Source: Clostridia bacterium (GTDB taxonomy: Bacteria; Bacillota; Clostridia; Oscillospirales; CAG-272). From it: 64,000 nucleotides of DNA. Of this stretch, positions 59,544 to 64,000 are shown in pieces (the stretch's first letter is position 1; each line of letters begins with the position of its first letter). A program made the position numbers and the translations under genes. Where the stretch lies: positions 13,418 through 77,417 of the forward strand of contig JAGASS010000051.1 of the NCBI GenBank assembly GCA_017621655.1. The letters run 5' to 3'. The notes below the pieces were generated by a model, which was given only the letters and a program-made list of their open reading frames with translations, was not told the DNA's origin and made no database searches.

Positions 59544-61315
59544 CCGCAAACAATACAAACGTTCAGACAAAGCCCACGATAAAGTGGGGAGTTCTTCGTA
59601 AGCTTCTTCCCTATCTTTGGGAGCAAAAGGCACTGCTTATACCGTCAATGATACTCGTAGCGGTATCAAGCGGTCTGTCTCTTGCCGGACCTATGCTTTC
59701 GGGTGAAGCCATCAAGGAGATAGCAAACGGTAAGGGCAGGATCAATATGGATACCGTTATTATGTTCTGCTCGCTTATGGCGATCTTCTATATCCTATCC
59801 TCGATCCTGTCTTATATCAACTCGATAATAATGATACGGCTCAGCAAGAGGATCTCCTTCAATATGAGAAAGCAGGTGTTCTCTCACCTGCTCTCCCTGC
59901 CGATCAGTTACTTTGACAAGAATCAGACGGGCGATATAGTAAGCCGTCTTTCCTACGACATCGACACGATAAACACATCACTTTCTACCGACTTTTTAGC
60001 GATCATAACGAGTGCTATCACGATAATAGGTTCATTCGTAATGATGATAGTCGTTTCTCCCCCTCTCATTCTCGTTTTTGCGATCACTCTTCCGATTTCG
60101 ATATGGTTTATCAAATACCGTTCGCAGAAGGTCAGACCTTTATTCAGAAGAAGATCCGCGAAGCTCGGCGAGCTGAACGGTTACGCCGAGGAAATGCTTT
60201 CCGGGCAGAAGACGATAAAGGCGTACAACCGAGAGGAAACGATAATAAAACGCTTTGACAACCGTAACGACGAAGCTGTTACCACCTTCTACGAGGCCGA
60301 ATATCAAGGCAGCGTAATAGGTCCCGGAGTTAACTTTATCAGCAACCTTTCGATGGCGCTCGTCAGTATGTTCGGTACGATCCTGCTGATATTCGGCGGT
60401 ATTACTATCGACGGAATATCAAAGTTCATTCAGTACTCAAGACGTTTTTCGGGTCCCGTCGGTGAATTTGCAAACATTATTGCAGACCTTCAGTCGGCAA
60501 CCTCAGCGGCTGAAAGAATTTTCCGTGTCCTTGATGAAGCTCCCGAAAAAATCGATGCGCCTGATTCGGTAACCGTTTCCGAGACAAAGGGCGGCGTTAC
60601 CTTCAAGGATATAGAGTTCGGCTACGAGGAAGGCAAAACTGTCATCAGCAATTTCTCTCTTGATGTTAAGCCGGGCAGTACTGTTGCAATCGTCGGTCCG
60701 ACGGGCGCAGGTAAGACAACTATTGCTAACCTGCTCATGCGCTTCTACGATCCGAAGTCAGGTGACATTCTGCTCGATGGAAAGAGCATTTACGAGATAA
60801 CGCGCGATTCTCTGCGCCGTTCGTTTACAATGGTGCTTCAGGACACCTGGCTCTTCGAAGGCACGATACGCGATAATATCGCTTTCGGAAACGAAAACGT
60901 GACCGACGATGATATTGTAAGAGCCGCAAGGACTGCCGGTATTCACGATTACGTTATGTCCCTAAAGGACGGATATAATACCGTTCTTTCCGATGACGGT
61001 GTCAACATATCCAAGGGGCAGAAGCAGCTTTTGAACATTTCTCGTGCGCTTCTTTCAGACGCGCCGATCCTCATTCTTGATGAGGCGACTTCAAACGTCG
61101 ACTCGCGTACAGAGCAAATGATACAAAAGGCGATGCTTTCGCTTATGGTAGGCAGAACGTCGTTTGTAATTGCACACCGTCTGTCGACGATCAAAAATGC
61201 TGATATAATTCTCGTCATAAGAAACGGACAGATTGCCGAAAGTGGCAAGCACGACGAGCTGCTCGAGAAAAACGGTGTCTATGCTTCCCTATACAATTCA
61301 CAGTTCCAAAACTAA
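59540..61315 (+). CDS. ABC exporter half-transporter, consensus Walker B/H-loop but deviant signature (second chain of a heterodimer)
   Basis: 591 aa with a GTG start in a GTGA overlap and GGAGG 9 nt upstream. GPTGAGKTT, ILILDEATS and VIAHRL are consensus. The ABC signature reads ISKGQKQ instead of LSGGQ. Confidence 0.88.
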   Translation: MTANNTNVQTKPTIKWGVLRKLLPYLWEQKALLIPSMILVAVSSGLSLAGPMLSGEAIKEIANGKGRINMDTVIMFCSLMAIFYILSSILSYINSIIMIRLSKRISFNMRKQVFSHLLSLPISYFDKNQTGDIVSRLSYDIDTINTSLSTDFLAIITSAITIIGSFVMMIVVSPPLILVFAITLPISIWFIKYRSQKVRPLFRRRSAKLGELNGYAEEMLSGQKTIKAYNREETIIKRFDNRNDEAVTTFYEAEYQGSVIGPGVNFISNLSMALVSMFGTILLIFGGITIDGISKFIQYSRRFSGPVGEFANIIADLQSATSAAERIFRVLDEAPEKIDAPDSVTVSETKGGVTFKDIEFGYEEGKTVISNFSLDVKPGSTVAIVGPTGAGKTTIANLLMRFYDPKSGDILLDGKSIYEITRDSLRRSFTMVLQDTWLFEGTIRDNIAFGNENVTDDDIVRAARTAGIHDYVMSLKDGYNTVLSDDGVNISKGQKQLLNISRALLSDAPILILDEATSNVDSRTEQMIQKAMLSLMVGRTSFVIAHRLSTIKNADIILVIRNGQIAESGKHDELLEKNGVYASLYNSQFQN

Positions 61316-61348
61316 ATTAAGAATGTTCTGATAACAGAGGTACTGAAT

Positions 61349-62434
61349 ATGGAACAGGATAATCAGATCGTATACGACGTCGCTGTCATTGGCGCAGGAC
61401 CTGCAGGTGCGATATTCGTAAAAGAATTAGCCGAAGCGCGACCTGATCTGAAAATTGCGCTTATCGACGGACAGTCTCCTGATTCGGCAAAGCCCTGCGG
61501 AGGGCTTCTTGCGCCCGATGCGCAAAAGATTCTTGCTAAATTTGATCTCGTTCTTCCGAAAAGTATCCTTGAGGATCCGCAGATATTTGCCGTTCAGACC
61601 ATCGACGTCGATCAGAAGCTCGTCAGATATTATCAAAGACATTATCTGAACATGGACAGATATGCCTTTGACAGGTGGCTTATTTCGCTTGCTCCGCCTC
61701 ATGTTAAAGTCATAAGGGGACGCTGCTTAGATATCAAAGGTGAAGATGATATTCACTGCGTTACAATTAAAACAGCAGACGGCAAGATAGATCTTAAAGC
61801 TAAAGCGCTTGTCGGCGCTGACGGTGCCGGCTCTATTGTCAGACGCACGTTTTTCACACCGATGCGTATACAATACGTAGCAATTCAGCAGTGGTTTGAA
61901 AACAAGGGACAAAAGCTTCCCTATTATTCCTGCATCTTCGATTCAAAGACGAGCGACAGCTGCTCTTGGACCATTCACAAAGGTAATTACGTAATATTCG
62001 GGGGAGCTTTTGACAAACAGGGATGCCGCGAGGCGTTTGATAAGCAAAGAGAGCGCCTTGAGGGATTTCTTTCAAACTCCTTTGGCGAAGCGGTCAAGAC
62101 CGAGGCGTGTCTGGTCTCAAGTCCTCGCGGATTCAAGGATTATCGTACAGGAAAGGATAACGTATTTCTACTTGGTGAAGCCGCAGGATTTATCAGCGCA
62201 AGCTCTTTTGAAGGGCTTAGCAGCGCGATGTTAAGCGGAAAGCTTTTAGCCGATTCATTTATCGAGGGAAAAGCTTACAAAGATATTCAGAAGAGCTACC
62301 GCAAAAAGACCCGTTCTCTTCGCGCAAAGCTCCGCACCAAATCAATTAAAAGAGCGTTCCTCTGCACACCGTTTACAAGAAAGATCATCATGAAAAGCGG
62401 AATACAGAGCATTAAGCCATATACAAAGAAATAG
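61349..62434 (+). CDS. FAD-dependent oxidoreductase (geranylgeranyl-reductase-like family)
   Basis: 361 aa with the dinucleotide fold DVAVIGAGPAGA, PCGG and GADGAGS motifs. Confidence 0.75.
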   Translation: MEQDNQIVYDVAVIGAGPAGAIFVKELAEARPDLKIALIDGQSPDSAKPCGGLLAPDAQKILAKFDLVLPKSILEDPQIFAVQTIDVDQKLVRYYQRHYLNMDRYAFDRWLISLAPPHVKVIRGRCLDIKGEDDIHCVTIKTADGKIDLKAKALVGADGAGSIVRRTFFTPMRIQYVAIQQWFENKGQKLPYYSCIFDSKTSDSCSWTIHKGNYVIFGGAFDKQGCREAFDKQRERLEGFLSNSFGEAVKTEACLVSSPRGFKDYRTGKDNVFLLGEAAGFISASSFEGLSSAMLSGKLLADSFIEGKAYKDIQKSYRKKTRSLRAKLRTKSIKRAFLCTPFTRKIIMKSGIQSIKPYTKK

Positions 62435-62435
62435 T

Positions 62436-62469
62436 AAAAACGGCAGAGATTTCGTCTCTGCCGTTTTTT
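62436..62469. terminator. Bidirectional terminator
   Basis: Stem AAAAACGGCAGAGA/TCTCTGCCGTTTTT. Confidence 0.7.
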
Positions 62470-62470
62470 A

Positions 62471-63271
62471 TCAGTTAAATCCGAGATTGGTAAGCCAAGT
62501 GTTAAGAAGTGACGTCCACTGACTTACGTCGTTTCTGCCGGGTGCCATTCCGAGTCCGTGCGGACCGTGTGGGAAAACGTGAAGCTCGGAGGGAATGTTA
62601 TTCTTAACGAGCGAAGCATAAAGGTTAAGTGAGTTCCAGACCGAAACACCGTCGTCGTCCTGCGTATGCCAAATAAAGCAAGGAGGAGTATCTGCCTTAA
62701 CAGATTTTTCACCCGAAAGGTACTTCGCAAGCTTTTCCTCGTCGGGAAGACCTCCGAGAAGCTTAGCGCGCGATCCAACGTGCATATAATCCTCAACAAG
62801 CGTAATAACCGGATAGCAAAGAATTACTGCATCGGGGCGAGAGGAGACCTTATCTATCTCATCACCGTCAGTACCGTAATCGAATGCGCAGAGCGCGCTG
62901 TTACAGAGATGACCGCCTGACGAGAAGCCGAGGACAGCAATTTTAGTCGGATCGATATTCATTTCATCTGCGTGATAACGAACGTAGCGGATCGCACGGA
63001 GAATATCGCCTGTAATTGCAGGATACTGATACGGAGCAACGCGATAATCAATGACGAACGCATTGATTCCAAAGGAATTAAGCTTTTCCGCTACGTCATA
63101 TCCCTCGTGCAGATACGCCTTGTGTGTATATGCGCCACCGGGAGCAACGATTACAGCTCCGCGCTTTTTACCGTCATTTATAAGATATGGAGTGAGATTC
63201 GGCTCATCCTGACCGTATTCGGGGTTGAAATAAGGGGTTTTTCCCTTTTCCCAAAGATAGATCTTATCCAT
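62471..63271 (-). CDS. Alpha/beta hydrolase (acetyl-esterase/lipase-like)
   Basis: 266 aa with the nucleophile elbow GFSSGGH, an oxyanion-type motif VAPGGAY and a C-terminal HGF/HGL His. RBS AAGGAGAA. Confidence 0.8.
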   Translation of the reverse strand: MDKIYLWEKGKTPYFNPEYGQDEPNLTPYLINDGKKRGAVIVAPGGAYTHKAYLHEGYDVAEKLNSFGINAFVIDYRVAPYQYPAITGDILRAIRYVRYHADEMNIDPTKIAVLGFSSGGHLCNSALCAFDYGTDGDEIDKVSSRPDAVILCYPVITLVEDYMHVGSRAKLLGGLPDEEKLAKYLSGEKSVKADTPPCFIWHTQDDDGVSVWNSLNLYASLVKNNIPSELHVFPHGPHGLGMAPGRNDVSQWTSLLNTWLTNLGFN

Positions 63272-63280
63272 AATTTCTCC

Positions 63281-64000
63281 TTAGAAAAGACCTACCATAG
63301 TGCCGTCTTCAAGCACGTCGATCTTTTCAGCAGCAGGAACCTTGGGAAGTCCGGGCATCGTCATAATATCGCCTGTAAGAACTACGATAAAGCCCGCGCC
63401 TGCCGAAACCTTGACGTTACGAACGGTGACAGTGAAGTCCTCGGGCGCGCCGAGCTTCGTCATATCGTCGGAGAATGAATACTGCGTCTTTGCAATACAT
63501 ACGGGGAGGTTAGAAAGTCCCATAGAAGTGAGCTTGTCGATCTGCTTCTGTGCAGCAGGAACGATGTTGATTCCTGCGCCACGGTATACGCGCTGAACGA
63601 CTGCTTCGATCTTCTTTTCGATAGAATATTCGTCGGGATAGCTGAACGAGAAGTTATTTTCACCCTCGTCGCAGAGACGTACGACCTCTTCAGCAAGCTC
63701 TGTGCCGCCTTCTCCGCCCTTTGCCCAAACGTCGGAAAGGATCGCCTTAACGCCGAGTTCAGCGCACTTCTCGATAACGAGTGCAACCTCTGCATCGGTA
63801 TCGGTCGGGAAACGGTTTACTGCAACGACTGCAGGAAGCTTATAAACCTCAGTAATATTAGAAACGTGGCGAAGAAGGTTCGGAAGTCCCTTTTCAAGAG
63901 CAGTAAGGTCTTCCTCACCAAGCTCGGTCTTTGCTCTGCCGCCGTGCATCTTGAGTGCGCGTACTGTAGCAACTACAACTACCGCAGAGGGCTTAAGTCC
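63281..64000 (-). CDS. fhs: Formate--tetrahydrofolate ligase (C-terminal 239 aa; 5' end outside window)
   Basis: The frame is open to the window edge. ...LKMHGGRAK...LPAVVAVNRFPTDTDAE...VWAKGGEG...PVCIAKTQYSFSDD...GDIMTMPGLPK... is diagnostic of FTHFS. Confidence 0.93.
   Translation of the reverse strand, partial: GLKPSAVVVVATVRALKMHGGRAKTELGEEDLTALEKGLPNLLRHVSNITEVYKLPAVVAVNRFPTDTDAEVALVIEKCAELGVKAILSDVWAKGGEGGTELAEEVVRLCDEGENNFSFSYPDEYSIEKKIEAVVQRVYRGAGINIVPAAQKQIDKLTSMGLSNLPVCIAKTQYSFSDDMTKLGAPEDFTVTVRNVKVSAGAGFIVVLTGDIMTMPGLPKVPAAEKIDVLEDGTMVGLF

Overview
This window looks like a densely coded, syntenic core-chromosome segment of a spore-forming, anaerobic Firmicute. I infer class Clostridia, probably an Oscillospiraceae/Ruminococcus-like organism, from a dockerin-bearing protein, spoVA genes, a trimeric [FeFe]-hydrogenase and CIRCE-controlled groESL. 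About 60 protein genes can be called. They are: argJ(partial)-argB-argD; nrdR; a stand-alone rplS; trmO plus an orphan MutS-family ATPase; ffs(SRP RNA)-dnaX-ybaB-recR-HAD; a T-box-controlled pheST; hydCBA; cca; an LtaS-like transferase; a 1431-aa M23 peptidase with a C-terminal dockerin; an 11-cistron histidine operon (yerC-hisZGDCBHAF-IE-K); groES-groEL; obg; ligA; spoVAD-spoVAEb; a three-gene operon ending in galT; birA; five ABC exporter half-transporters (one single gene and two heterodimer pairs); and the 3' part of fhs. I found no tRNA or rRNA genes, CRISPR arrays, IS or transposase genes, integrases, prophage modules or recognisable defence systems. Several starts in the ORF track are GTG/TTG or lack an RBS, and I moved them to better-supported downstream starts (argD, nrdR, rplS, dnaX, groES, araC, birA, spoVAEb, one ABC gene, the SCP2-like gene, cca). 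I do not see a convincing new multi-gene system. The items most worth a second look are: the dockerin-tethered giant M23 peptidase; the MutS-paralog/TrmO pair; the unknown/aminotransferase/GalT operon; a DUF3006-like ORF that can only start at AUU; a possible 1-nt frameshift at the 5' end of the LtaS-like gene; and a YerC (TrpR-like) regulator as the first cistron of the his operon. All domain and family names come from reading motifs by eye. No database search was run.
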